From sequence record NC_129898.1: a stretch of 64,000 nucleotides of DNA; one strand, 5' to 3'. The notes under the pieces were generated by a model that saw nothing but the letters and a program-made list of their open reading frames with translations, was not told the origin of the DNA and did not search any database. Positions 8,915 to 17,410 of the stretch are shown here, piece by piece (positions within the stretch are counted from its first letter, which is position 1; each line of letters opens with the position of its first letter). A program made the position numbers and the translations under genes. Origin of the DNA: a phage.

Positions 8915-9144
8915 TCCTCCACAACTTCAAGGCCTTTGCCGCCTCGTTCTGGTAGATTACTTAAAGACAGGTAATACGTATAGTCAGGAGAGATCCTACC
9001 AGACTCTGCACCTGCAGATAGTAAATCTTTTCCCTTAACCATGACAACATTATCGTTTGCAGATAGTCGTTTTGCTTCCACAATTTTACCAACGCAGTCA
9101 ACCAAGGAAGGGTACCCTAAATCTGTAAGAAATTTAACTTTCAT
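8911..9144 (-). CDS. hypothetical protein (MKVK family)
   Basis: 77 aa; MKVKFLTDLGYPSL..., C-terminal LEVVEE. Confidence 0.5.
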   Translation of the reverse strand: MKVKFLTDLGYPSLVDCVGKIVEAKRLSANDNVVMVKGKDLLSAGAESGRISPDYTYYLSLSNLPERGGKGLEVVEE

Positions 9145-9183
9145 GCTACCTCCTACTTCTACCGTCCCTAGTAAGATAAATTA

Positions 9184-9582
9184 TTACTGAACAAAGCGCG
9201 GAGCTGGGAAGGATAACTCTTCTAAAGAGAAGATTTCATTCCCCACAATCCATGTTGCAGGATCATCCGGGTTGACTGGATAGATGATCATCACCTCGTC
9301 AGTGTTACATACCCGCTTTTTACCTGTGGAGTCATCAGCAACCAGCATGCGCGGTTCTTCAGAAATGCACAGGTAGCCTCCTCGGCCCACTGTTCCTTCC
9401 ACAGGGTCTTGTCCTTTGATCACGATGATTATCTTCTCTCCTGAGGCGATATTACCTTGCACACTCACCGTTTGACCAACCTTGGATGTGCCAATCTTAG
9501 TGACTTCGAACATTACATCCCGAATTACCGTTGCATAATCGCCAGACACTTTCTTACCTTCTTTAGTGATCTCAATCTTCAT
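9184..9582 (-). CDS. hypothetical protein
   Basis: 132 aa, MKIEITKEG... Confidence 0.5.
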   Translation of the reverse strand: MKIEITKEGKKVSGDYATVIRDVMFEVTKIGTSKVGQTVSVQGNIASGEKIIIVIKGQDPVEGTVGRGGYLCISEEPRMLVADDSTGKKRVCNTDEVMIIYPVNPDDPATWIVGNEIFSLEELSFPAPRFVQ

Positions 9583-9818
9583 ACACTGGGCTCCTTAAAT
9601 GAATCTATGTAATCAATTAAATCCCAAGCATCCCTATGACCTGTCAGAGGGTATACTTCTTCAAGAGGGATCATAGCAGTAAGTCTATCAAAAACCCAAT
9701 CCGGACGCAACATCTTATGGTGATATTCCCACTCACCTTCTACAGACTTTTTCTGAGTGATCAGAATCTCTGTGTAGTGTTTTGCCTGTCTTGAGTAAAT
9801 TGAAAATGACTTATACAT
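9579..9818 (-). CDS. hypothetical protein
   Basis: 79-aa ORF. Confidence 0.45.
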   Translation of the reverse strand: MYKSFSIYSRQAKHYTEILITQKKSVEGEWEYHHKMLRPDWVFDRLTAMIPLEEVYPLTGHRDAWDLIDYIDSFKEPSV

Positions 9819-9855
9819 AGATGACCCTCCCTCTTGTTGAAAACAAAATACACTA

Positions 9856-10140
9856 CTACCAAGTCACTGTCAAGTAGGCAACCGTGTTATTTTTCTCCGG
9901 AGAGATGCCAACAACATCCACCTGCAGACCTCCTGCCCTCAAATCTCCAACGATGTGTGGAAAGTAGTCTGAGAGGTGTGATGGGAGATTTATCGAAAAT
10001 CCACATCCCAGAAAGCCTGCTAACGCTTTATTTTGTATATCCCCTACAATCGCATCATAAATAGAGTTAAGCTCGTCAGGAAGCGTTACAGGACGTTTTA
10101 GAGCTAACTGGTGCAACTTGTCCTTAGCACTCATTTTCAT
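9856..10140 (-). CDS. hypothetical protein
   Basis: Start moved to ATG at 10140 (MKMSAKDK) forming an ATGA overlap with the methyltransferase stop. Confidence 0.4.
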   Translation of the reverse strand: MKMSAKDKLHQLALKRPVTLPDELNSIYDAIVGDIQNKALAGFLGCGFSINLPSHLSDYFPHIVGDLRAGGLQVDVVGISPEKNNTVAYLTVTW

Positions 10141-10670
10141 TTCAAGTCTGCCTCTGGTGGTGCCAACCACATAAATGGCGGCAAGTCTAGACGGTTTTTC
10201 TTGTCCCATACAAAATATGCATATGCCTGCCCATCCGTTCTACCATTGGATTGGAATGACGGACGCTTAGATATTGTGATCACAGTGGTAGGTGCATTAT
10301 CAAGCCACCATTCAAATCTGGCCTTGCTTTCCAGAAAATTAAGACGCAAAAGCATAATAACTACATCGGCATCTTTCAACGCCTTGTCTACAAACTCACG
10401 AGCCAAGCTGTACGGTGGGTTGGTGATAATACAGTCAACATGGTTGTATTCTGTATTCAGATAGTCAACACCTTCTTGGATTTCTCCCCATGCAGATCCT
10501 AACGGCATACGGGAGTAGAACACACCTGAGGCACTATTCCTGCAAGGCTCTAAGTAAGTCCAGTCTTCTGGGAACGGAATAAGGTCATACAGCCCTTCTG
10601 CACACCACTCCGGTGTCACATACTCATCGTAAGCGTTACGTTGTTCATCAGGTTTTCTAGCACAAGTCAT
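10137..10670 (-). CDS. DNA N6-adenine methyltransferase (NPPY motif)
   Basis: DCIITNPPYSL catalytic motif; 177 aa; no adjacent restriction enzyme. Confidence 0.65.
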   Translation of the reverse strand: MTCARKPDEQRNAYDEYVTPEWCAEGLYDLIPFPEDWTYLEPCRNSASGVFYSRMPLGSAWGEIQEGVDYLNTEYNHVDCIITNPPYSLAREFVDKALKDADVVIMLLRLNFLESKARFEWWLDNAPTTVITISKRPSFQSNGRTDGQAYAYFVWDKKNRLDLPPFMWLAPPEADLK

Positions 10671-10688
10671 GCAAATCTCCAGATCATA

Positions 10689-10710
10689 AAAGCCCTCCGA
10701 AGAGGGCTTT
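10689..10710 (-). terminator. terminator-like hairpin
   Basis: AAAGCCCTC-CGAA-GAGGGCTTT perfect 9-bp stem with tetraloop 3' of 10722..11771; weak U-tract. Confidence 0.4.
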
Positions 10711-10721
10711 AGGATTAATGT

Positions 10722-11771
10722 TTAAGCTTCTTCGACAATTCCTGCGCCCAGGATTTTTTCATTGAGCTCTTTTGCTGTTTTAATAATATTGTCCACCAGA
10801 CGCTTACGAGTCTTATCTTTCACCTGAACTTCTTCTCCGCCGTTCAGGGTGGTTTTCAATTGGGACAAAATGTCCTGAAGCTCTACCACAGAGAATCGCT
10901 GCAGATCTTCCGAGGTAATCTCACCCAGTGCAATCTTAACGGTCTCACCACTCTCCATCTGCAGATTCAGGAACACAGTGTGAACATCACCTTTCATACC
11001 ATTTTCTTTTGCAGACTCAACAGCATGAACCAGCTCGTCCAAAGATGTGCATTGGTGAATCTCTGGCAGGCCTGCTTCGCCTAGCACACCTTCTTCATCA
11101 CTTTTTGCCAAAAGCTTTTTCGGTTTCTGTCCATTCTGAATGCGCTGAATGTTTTCATCGTCCAGAATAATAGCACCAGTTCGAGATGCCAGCTCTTCTC
11201 CATCTAACCACACTTCGCCGCCAGCTGTGATGGATGCGATCTCATCTTCTGTTAGCACTCCACCGTAGTATTTTTCGATCAGGCGTTCAAAACGTTTCTT
11301 CCAGTAGTTGACCTGGGTATTCATGTTCACACCGTTACCATAGGTGCCACCTTGATAATAGTGGAACATAAATTCTGTGTCCGGAGCCACAGTTCGTTCT
11401 TTGCAACCCATCCATAAGATTGTTCCTGCTGAACAGCACATCCCTTCAGCGTGTACAACAACGCTTGCCTGAGACTCGCGGAATGCCTGCAAATACGCCA
11501 TAGCAATGTGAACGCAACCACCAGGGCTGTTAATGATTACACGGATACTTTCTTCTGGCTGAGCCATACGAATCGTCTGTAGACGAGACATATGATCTTG
11601 CAGGTCGTCCAAATCGTCAATATAAAGAACGTGGTCAACAACAGGTGTTGGGTAGCTGTATGTTTCCATAATACCACCCGGCATACCAAACATTTTGTTA
11701 CTCATAGGTTCGAAACCGTTCTGTTTTTCTTTCATGCCGTGTACCATGGTGCTGCGAGGTGTTAAATTCAT
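10722..11771 (-). CDS. ClpP/S14-like serine peptidase with ~150-aa C-terminal extension
   Basis: INSPGGCVHIAMAYL and GMCCSAGT (ClpP-type oxyanion/Ser motifs); acidic, helix-rich C-terminal half. Confidence 0.5.
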   Translation of the reverse strand: MNLTPRSTMVHGMKEKQNGFEPMSNKMFGMPGGIMETYSYPTPVVDHVLYIDDLDDLQDHMSRLQTIRMAQPEESIRVIINSPGGCVHIAMAYLQAFRESQASVVVHAEGMCCSAGTILWMGCKERTVAPDTEFMFHYYQGGTYGNGVNMNTQVNYWKKRFERLIEKYYGGVLTEDEIASITAGGEVWLDGEELASRTGAIILDDENIQRIQNGQKPKKLLAKSDEEGVLGEAGLPEIHQCTSLDELVHAVESAKENGMKGDVHTVFLNLQMESGETVKIALGEITSEDLQRFSVVELQDILSQLKTTLNGGEEVQVKDKTRKRLVDNIIKTAKELNEKILGAGIVEEA

Positions 11772-11831
11772 GAGAAATCCTTAATATTGGAAGTTGAAAG
11801 CTATTTATTTAAACCTGATTCACATTTACCT

Positions 11832-12191
11832 TTATTTAGCAATCACTATAGAATACTTACGATTGTCAGAAGCATCACAGCTCAATGATTGCCAGTCTAC
11901 CACATACCACGTATCATTGTCAACAATTACTTTATCGCCTGTTCTGTAGCAGGTGCTGCTTTCAATAATCCTAGACTCGATAAAGAATCTGTGTCGGCGC
12001 TCACGTAGCAACGCTAAGTTGATTATATTACCACCACTGTCCTTGGTCCACACATTCTTGGATCCTTTATTTGCCAAAATTGTCTCGCCGTTATATACAA
12101 ACAGGCAGTATATTTTATTCAGTCTCTCTTGTATTGTAGCCATACTGTGTCCTTCTCCTTGTTTTGTCCAGTAATAATATCTAAAGCTCAC
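11832..12191 (-). CDS. hypothetical protein
   Basis: 119-aa ORF. Confidence 0.45.
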   Translation of the reverse strand: MSFRYYYWTKQGEGHSMATIQERLNKIYCLFVYNGETILANKGSKNVWTKDSGGNIINLALLRERRHRFFIESRIIESSTCYRTGDKVIVDNDTWYVVDWQSLSCDASDNRKYSIVIAK

Positions 12192-12246
12192 CTGTTTGTC
12201 AACAACTGTTTTAGATATTTAAGGGTGGAATAACCACCCTTCTGTA

Positions 12247-13035
12247 TTACTCGGAAACAGGAGTCCAAATATGATTTGCACGATCCTCAATAAGATTGAG
12301 TGCAATCTGACGGCCTAACCCGGAACGAACGACATCGTCTGGACTATCAAAGCTAATCATTCCAACCTCAGGATCTGGATGACGCGTAAAGAAATCTGTC
12401 ACCCATGCAAGGCCAGATTTACCAGGGATGTCACGTTGGCTGTTATCGCCCATAATTACAAGGGTGGCCTGATCAGAGATCCTTGTGATAATTGACAACA
12501 TTTCTTCAGGATTGGTTTGCTGTGCTTCATCAATAAGGACAAAGCATCGTTCATCAAAACTACGACCACGAATGCTTTCAACCTCACAAATCTCGATACG
12601 GCTGTTCTGACCGTCTCCAAGCATTGCTGCAAAAGCACCTTTGCCAACACGACGACAAATCGTGTCCATCATGCTTCTAAGATAGGGCCACAGTTTCTGC
12701 ATTGCATTTCCAGGTTTAAATCCTGAAGTCTTTCCTGTCTGAACGTAAGGGCGTGCAACAATGATCTTATCAATCTCGTTCTTGCGCAGAAGATCCCCTG
12801 CATATGCAGATGCCATGAATGTCTTACCGGATCCAAACACACCGTTTACAATGATAATCTTACGCGACCCTAGATAATCAAGATACTTTTGCTGCTTTTT
12901 ATTCATTGGTCGGAGAGCTGGAGCGGTGTGCTCTCGTTCGTCAGCAAATTTTTCAGCAGCCTTACGCAGGCGATCAGATTTGCGAGCCTCTCTAGCTTCA
13001 TCACGCATGCGTTTTGTTTCTTTAGCTCGACCCAT
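12247..13035 (-). CDS. phoH: PhoH-like ATPase
   Basis: Walker A GVFGSGKTF and Walker B VLIDEAQ in PhoH-like arrangement; 262 aa. Confidence 0.8.
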   Translation of the reverse strand: MGRAKETKRMRDEAREARKSDRLRKAAEKFADEREHTAPALRPMNKKQQKYLDYLGSRKIIIVNGVFGSGKTFMASAYAGDLLRKNEIDKIIVARPYVQTGKTSGFKPGNAMQKLWPYLRSMMDTICRRVGKGAFAAMLGDGQNSRIEICEVESIRGRSFDERCFVLIDEAQQTNPEEMLSIITRISDQATLVIMGDNSQRDIPGKSGLAWVTDFFTRHPDPEVGMISFDSPDDVVRSGLGRQIALNLIEDRANHIWTPVSE

Positions 13036-13073
13036 GTTGGGACTCCTTTCAGATTGAGATGTGCCAAGTACTT

Positions 13074-13424
13074 TTACTGCAATAGTTTTTCAATAGCCGC
13101 TTCCATGCTGCTTGCAACAGCCTGAACTCGGATATTCATCTCTTCTTGGTGGATCAGCTCCTTAAGCTCTTTAATGGTAAATTCTTTAGAGAAACCTTCT
13201 ACCATAATCTTGTGTAAGGCTTCTTGCGTGTCTACCTGCAAGAACTTTTCCAGTTTGTTGGCAGAGGCTTCTAAATCAGCCCGAATACGAGGGTCATCTG
13301 TGCGATTCAGCATCAGGCGTAAGCCATCAAGATTAGTAGAAATAGCGTCTGCATGTTGAGTAACTAATCGTGGCAAAATGAGATCTACAAACTTATTAGC
13401 CAAATCGATACGTTCTTGTGTCAC
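13074..13424 (-). CDS. hypothetical protein
   Basis: 116-aa ORF (GTG start). Confidence 0.5.
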   Translation of the reverse strand: MTQERIDLANKFVDLILPRLVTQHADAISTNLDGLRLMLNRTDDPRIRADLEASANKLEKFLQVDTQEALHKIMVEGFSKEFTIKELKELIHQEEMNIRVQAVASSMEAAIEKLLQ

Positions 13425-13596
13425 TGTTGCACCCCCTCTTCATCCTCATGATGTTTCTTTTCACGCTTGTGTTTTTTCTTAAGCTCAAGCGCAATCTCTT
13501 TTTTGTACGCCTTCTTCAAGGCCTTTTTAGCCATTTGGCACCTCCTCTGCTTTCATTACGCTAATTATAACCAACTTAACAAGACTTTGTCAACAA

Positions 13597-14070
13597 TTAG
13601 TCAACCTGAACCCAACCGCCTGCTACCTTTTTAAACATTCTTTGGTTATCACTGCCTCGGAATGGTTTCTTGGTTGGTAAATCTTTTACATACTTTCCAT
13701 CAATGACGATATCAGCCAGTTTAAGAACATCACTAGAGATATGCTCAAATGTGAACCCAGTATACACAAGAATAGTTTTCTTGTCACCAAACTTTTCCTT
13801 AATTCTCCTCATAAGGTTGATAATATCTGGCTCATTATAAGTAGCCAAAGGCTCTCCACCAAGTAAAGAAATACCGCATACAGATTCATTGTCTAAATCC
13901 AACAAAATTTTCTGCAAATCTTCTTCGGTGAACTCTCTTCCTTTATCTTTTGACCAAAATGCTTGATTAAAGCAACTGGGACAAGCGTGTGGGCACCCAG
14001 ATACCCACAAAGCTGTCCTAATACCTGGCCCCTCGGTGTAAGATATCTCTGTATACCCGACAATATTCAT
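13597..14070 (-). CDS. nrdG: anaerobic ribonucleotide reductase activating protein (radical SAM)
   Basis: CPHACPSC radical-SAM cysteine motif; start set to ATG at 14070 (MNIVGYTE) overlapping the upstream stop. Confidence 0.8.
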   Translation of the reverse strand: MNIVGYTEISYTEGPGIRTALWVSGCPHACPSCFNQAFWSKDKGREFTEEDLQKILLDLDNESVCGISLLGGEPLATYNEPDIINLMRRIKEKFGDKKTILVYTGFTFEHISSDVLKLADIVIDGKYVKDLPTKKPFRGSDNQRMFKKVAGGWVQVD

Positions 14071-14183
14071 ACATACTCCGCATCGCATTTAGGACAATGC
14101 CAAATAAAATCGTCCAGTGCCTTACACCAACGAAGATTGCAATGACAACCACACTTGCAAATTTTATAAATACCTGTAGACAT
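14067..14183 (-). CDS. small Cys-rich (zinc-ribbon-like) peptide, 38 aa
   Basis: GGAGG RBS 7 nt upstream of ATG 14183; MSTGIYKICKCGCHCNLRWCKALDDFIWHCPKCDAEYV; stop overlaps nrdG start (ATGA). Confidence 0.35.
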   Translation of the reverse strand: MSTGIYKICKCGCHCNLRWCKALDDFIWHCPKCDAEYV

Positions 14184-14246
14184 GCTGCACCTCCTAGTTT
14201 ACTGTGTGACAACAATATGCAACATCCTTGTGACTTTTGTCAAGTA

Positions 14247-15239
14247 TCAGCAACCACAACTTCCGTAGTGCTTAACCCGTTCTATAACCTCCGCTTGCTT
14301 ACCTTTATTGTAAGGACGGGAGTTTGGACTGGACAGATACCCGGATACACGTCTAATCACACTGATCGTTCCCTCTTCATGGTTTCCACACTCTGGGCAT
14401 ACAAAGCCTTTAGCTGTTGCACTGAACTCACCAGAGAATCCACACTTAAGACATTTATCCACAGGCTGGTTAATACCAAAATACATAATGTGTTTATATC
14501 CGAAATCAACAAGAGCTTCCAAAGCATCTAAGTTGTTTTTCAGATTTGGTGTCTCTATGTACCCAATGTTGCCACCAGAGGAGATCATAGCAAAACCTTC
14601 CTCATACTTCCACTTATCAAAAGGCGAGCTATTGATCCATACTGGCTGATGGAAACTGTTGGTGAGGTATTCATGCTCGTGCTTCAACACTTCTGGGTAT
14701 TCACGATCCAGACAGGTTGCAGCTTTATAGCATAAACTCTCAGAAGGTGTGCCGTACAAGCTAAATGCTAGTCCACTTTCCTTCTTGTATCGCTCACAAG
14801 CATCTTTCATGTGCTGAAGGATTCCAAGAGCTAAAGCCTTGTCACCCTCTCTGCCCAAAATCTGACAGGTTTCATACACACCAATATACCCAATACTGAT
14901 GGAAGCGTACCCGTCATAGAAGAGTTTATCGATACTCTCTTCAGGATCCAGGCTAGCAAGAGCTCCTTCACACCACATGATAGGGTTATGCCCTGCCTTT
15001 GTTCCTTTTAGACGGTTAACTCTTACAAGGTGAGCCTCATATGCCAAATCCAAATATTCGTCAAGAACTGCAAAGAAATCAACACCTTCCGTTTTAGCTT
15101 TTGCCGCAATCATTGGTAGGTTAAGGCTAACAACACCCAAGTTGAATCTGCCAAGGTATTTCTCCTCGCCTGTTACAGGGTCGCTATATTTCGATAAGAA
15201 ACTTCTACACATTATGTTCAAGGTGGTTCGCAAGGCCAC
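14247..15239 (-). CDS. nrdD: anaerobic ribonucleoside-triphosphate reductase, C-terminal part
   Basis: Glycyl-radical-type RVSGYL motif and C-terminal Cys cluster; reading frame remains open upstream of the GTG at 15239. Confidence 0.85.
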   Translation of the reverse strand: MALRTTLNIMCRSFLSKYSDPVTGEEKYLGRFNLGVVSLNLPMIAAKAKTEGVDFFAVLDEYLDLAYEAHLVRVNRLKGTKAGHNPIMWCEGALASLDPEESIDKLFYDGYASISIGYIGVYETCQILGREGDKALALGILQHMKDACERYKKESGLAFSLYGTPSESLCYKAATCLDREYPEVLKHEHEYLTNSFHQPVWINSSPFDKWKYEEGFAMISSGGNIGYIETPNLKNNLDALEALVDFGYKHIMYFGINQPVDKCLKCGFSGEFSATAKGFVCPECGNHEEGTISVIRRVSGYLSSPNSRPYNKGKQAEVIERVKHYGSCGC

Positions 15240-15962
15240 CCCCGCACCATTACGTGCTGCTGCATGTCCCCATGCAGATCAGACTATATCTTCACACTTA
15301 GTGTGTCTACCATTTCGAGTGTCATCAGCTTACACCCTACACCGCTACATTCATCACGGTTAGTCGTTAGGCATTTCGTAACAGAACTCGTAATCATAGT
15401 TATTAGGTGCACCACGTTTCAGGATAGCAGATATTCTTTTTCTATCTATTCCTAAAACATCAGCACAACATCTCAGACTCTTAAAGTGAATAACCACACC
15501 AGTTAATTTGTGGGTGGCTTTCACCCCGTGACATCTTGTGTAAAAAGCATAACAGTTGTTGTCGTATCCTTCTTGAGTATTGTCTGGGCAAGCTCCCCAC
15601 TCAAGGTTGTATACGCTGTTATCTTTCCTGTTGTCACCTTTGTGCTTAACATATGGTAAATTGTCTGGATTTGGTAAAAACGCTTCAGCAACAAGTCTGT
15701 GAACCCTTAGGCAAACAGTCTTTTTGTTCTTGCGTATCCTGACAAGACGGTAACCTGTGTTTATCTCTTCCCACGAATGAATAATTCTTTCATTTTCGTA
15801 TCGGGTGCAATAAACATTGCCCATCTCGTCAATTTCATAACCTTCAAAATCACGAATTTGTTTTCTCATTTCAGGACTCCTCTTAGTCAGGAGTTCTGTT
15901 ACGTTTAGCACGGGATTGTCCGTTCTGGAGTTTCCCCGTTTAGATAGATTTTACATGAGCAG
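15240..15962 (-). mobile_element. intervening sequence splitting nrdD (group I intron or free-standing homing-endonuclease insertion)
   Basis: About 720 bp between the two nrdD reading frames, containing an HNH endonuclease ORF on the same strand. Confidence 0.5.
15360..15869 (-). CDS. HNH homing endonuclease
   Basis: VHRLVAEAF...HKGDNRKDN...NLEW HNH core; ATG at 15869 preceded by AGGAG. Confidence 0.75.
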   Translation of the reverse strand: MRKQIRDFEGYEIDEMGNVYCTRYENERIIHSWEEINTGYRLVRIRKNKKTVCLRVHRLVAEAFLPNPDNLPYVKHKGDNRKDNSVYNLEWGACPDNTQEGYDNNCYAFYTRCHGVKATHKLTGVVIHFKSLRCCADVLGIDRKRISAILKRGAPNNYDYEFCYEMPND

Positions 15963-17132
15963 TTATAGTTTACCCATGCTTGTTACTTTGCCGTCTGTTG
16001 AACCTGTCACTTTACGATTTAGTGGAACAGAAACAAAGTCAGGATAAATCCGCTCTGCAGAGCATTCTAGAGCCAATCGTTTCAAATCGTAGTTAGGATC
16101 CCCAGGGTTCATGTTGACACCCTCCTCTAAGAAGAACAGCACTTTAGGAAACACAGGGGTGATCCGTTCTTCACCAAGACCCATTTTGTGGACTTTCAAG
16201 TAGTTTTTGGTAATCATTCTACCAAAGACCGAGGTATCCAGTCCTAAACTTAATGTGATGAATGGAGTTTGCCCGTTGACAGAAGTTAACGTATTGATTT
16301 GGTAGAGCAAAGTTTGCATACTATCAAACACGTCTTTATCTGTCATTTGCATTGCAACAGTCTCAGCATCTGGCAACCAATGCTCCTGACAAAATTTAAG
16401 GTTCTTCTCATAGGTTGCTTCAGCATACTGTGCCAGATAATGATCAATATGGCTCATGGTTTGACCACCATATTGAGCACTAGCTACTGCACTAGAGATT
16501 TGGCTAAGGATTGTTGTTGCAACCCCTATTGACTTCGGCTTACTGACATGGGCGTTGCCAATGTTGAATCCGTTTTCCAGCATATCCGGATAATTTACCA
16601 AACAACAGTTTGTTAACGGACTGATCAGGTAGTCAAGATCATGCACATGGATGAAGCCTTTGTTGTGCTCTTCGGAGACACGGTCTGGCAGGATCTGTGT
16701 TGATGCAAGATGTTTGCTAAGGATGCCTGCAAGCAGGTCACGATGAGTGTGTACATGATTAGTAGGCTTATTTGCGTTTTCTTTTGTAAATTCATCACAA
16801 GTACGATCCAAGAAGCCACTAATATCTGCAAGCAGTTTTCCACCTGCCTCTCTGTTATTATCTCTTGTCTGTCTATACTGGATGTATTCTCTGGCTGCAC
16901 ATTTTAAACCCATATCCATAAGAGCATCTTCAACAAGGATATGGATATTTTTTACAGAGATCGTGCACTGGTCGGTTGGCAGATTGTTGGCAACAACTTC
17001 ATTAACCGCACAGGCAATCCGGTAAGCTTCTTCTTCAGTATGTCCAGACTCAAGTAAGGCGGACTCTGCCGCCTTGATCACCTTAATTCCGTTATAAAAC
17101 TCTTCTCTACCGTCCCGTTTTACAACTTTCAC
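15963..17132 (-). CDS. nrdD: anaerobic ribonucleoside-triphosphate reductase, N-terminal part (ATP-cone)
   Basis: N-terminal VVKRDGREEFYNGIKV ATP-cone; terminates at a stop immediately 5' of the HNH region. Confidence 0.85.
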   Translation of the reverse strand: MKVVKRDGREEFYNGIKVIKAAESALLESGHTEEEAYRIACAVNEVVANNLPTDQCTISVKNIHILVEDALMDMGLKCAAREYIQYRQTRDNNREAGGKLLADISGFLDRTCDEFTKENANKPTNHVHTHRDLLAGILSKHLASTQILPDRVSEEHNKGFIHVHDLDYLISPLTNCCLVNYPDMLENGFNIGNAHVSKPKSIGVATTILSQISSAVASAQYGGQTMSHIDHYLAQYAEATYEKNLKFCQEHWLPDAETVAMQMTDKDVFDSMQTLLYQINTLTSVNGQTPFITLSLGLDTSVFGRMITKNYLKVHKMGLGEERITPVFPKVLFFLEEGVNMNPGDPNYDLKRLALECSAERIYPDFVSVPLNRKVTGSTDGKVTSMGKL

Positions 17133-17407
17133 TTTTTCTCTCCAAAACCATTCTTAACAAAAGAGATGAAATCGTCAGCACCACCTATGTGGATACTGTC
17201 AAGGTTGCTTTCCAAGAAGATCTGAGGCAACGTTCTGGGAACAAATGGGCTACACTTCTCGATAAGCTCTTCTTTTGTGTATCCCTCACCTAGCGTCTTG
17301 TATACGAAAGGTATGCCTTTGCTGACTGCAAATTCTTTTGCTCTTACACAATGTGGGCAGTTATCCTTGCCGTAAATGATGATGAAAAAAGATTTTTCGC
17401 AGCTCAT
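17129..17407 (-). CDS. nrdH: glutaredoxin-like protein (NrdH-like)
   Basis: CPHC redox motif near N-terminus; 92 aa; between nrdD and nrdB. Confidence 0.7.
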   Translation of the reverse strand: MSCEKSFFIIIYGKDNCPHCVRAKEFAVSKGIPFVYKTLGEGYTKEELIEKCSPFVPRTLPQIFLESNLDSIHIGGADDFISFVKNGFGEKK

Positions 17408-17410
17408 ATA

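Noticed and set aside
14018-14215. 65-aa minus-strand ORF from the track upstream of nrdG
   Set aside because: An alternative frame on the same strand encodes a Cys-rich peptide with a consensus RBS and ATGA coupling to nrdG (14067..14183); the track frame has no RBS and overlaps nrdG.
16299-16907. ORFs 16299..16532 (+), 16625..16900 (-), 16710..16907 (+) inside nrdD
   Set aside because: Overlap the conserved N-terminal NrdD frame; compositionally odd (Cys/Leu-rich); spurious.
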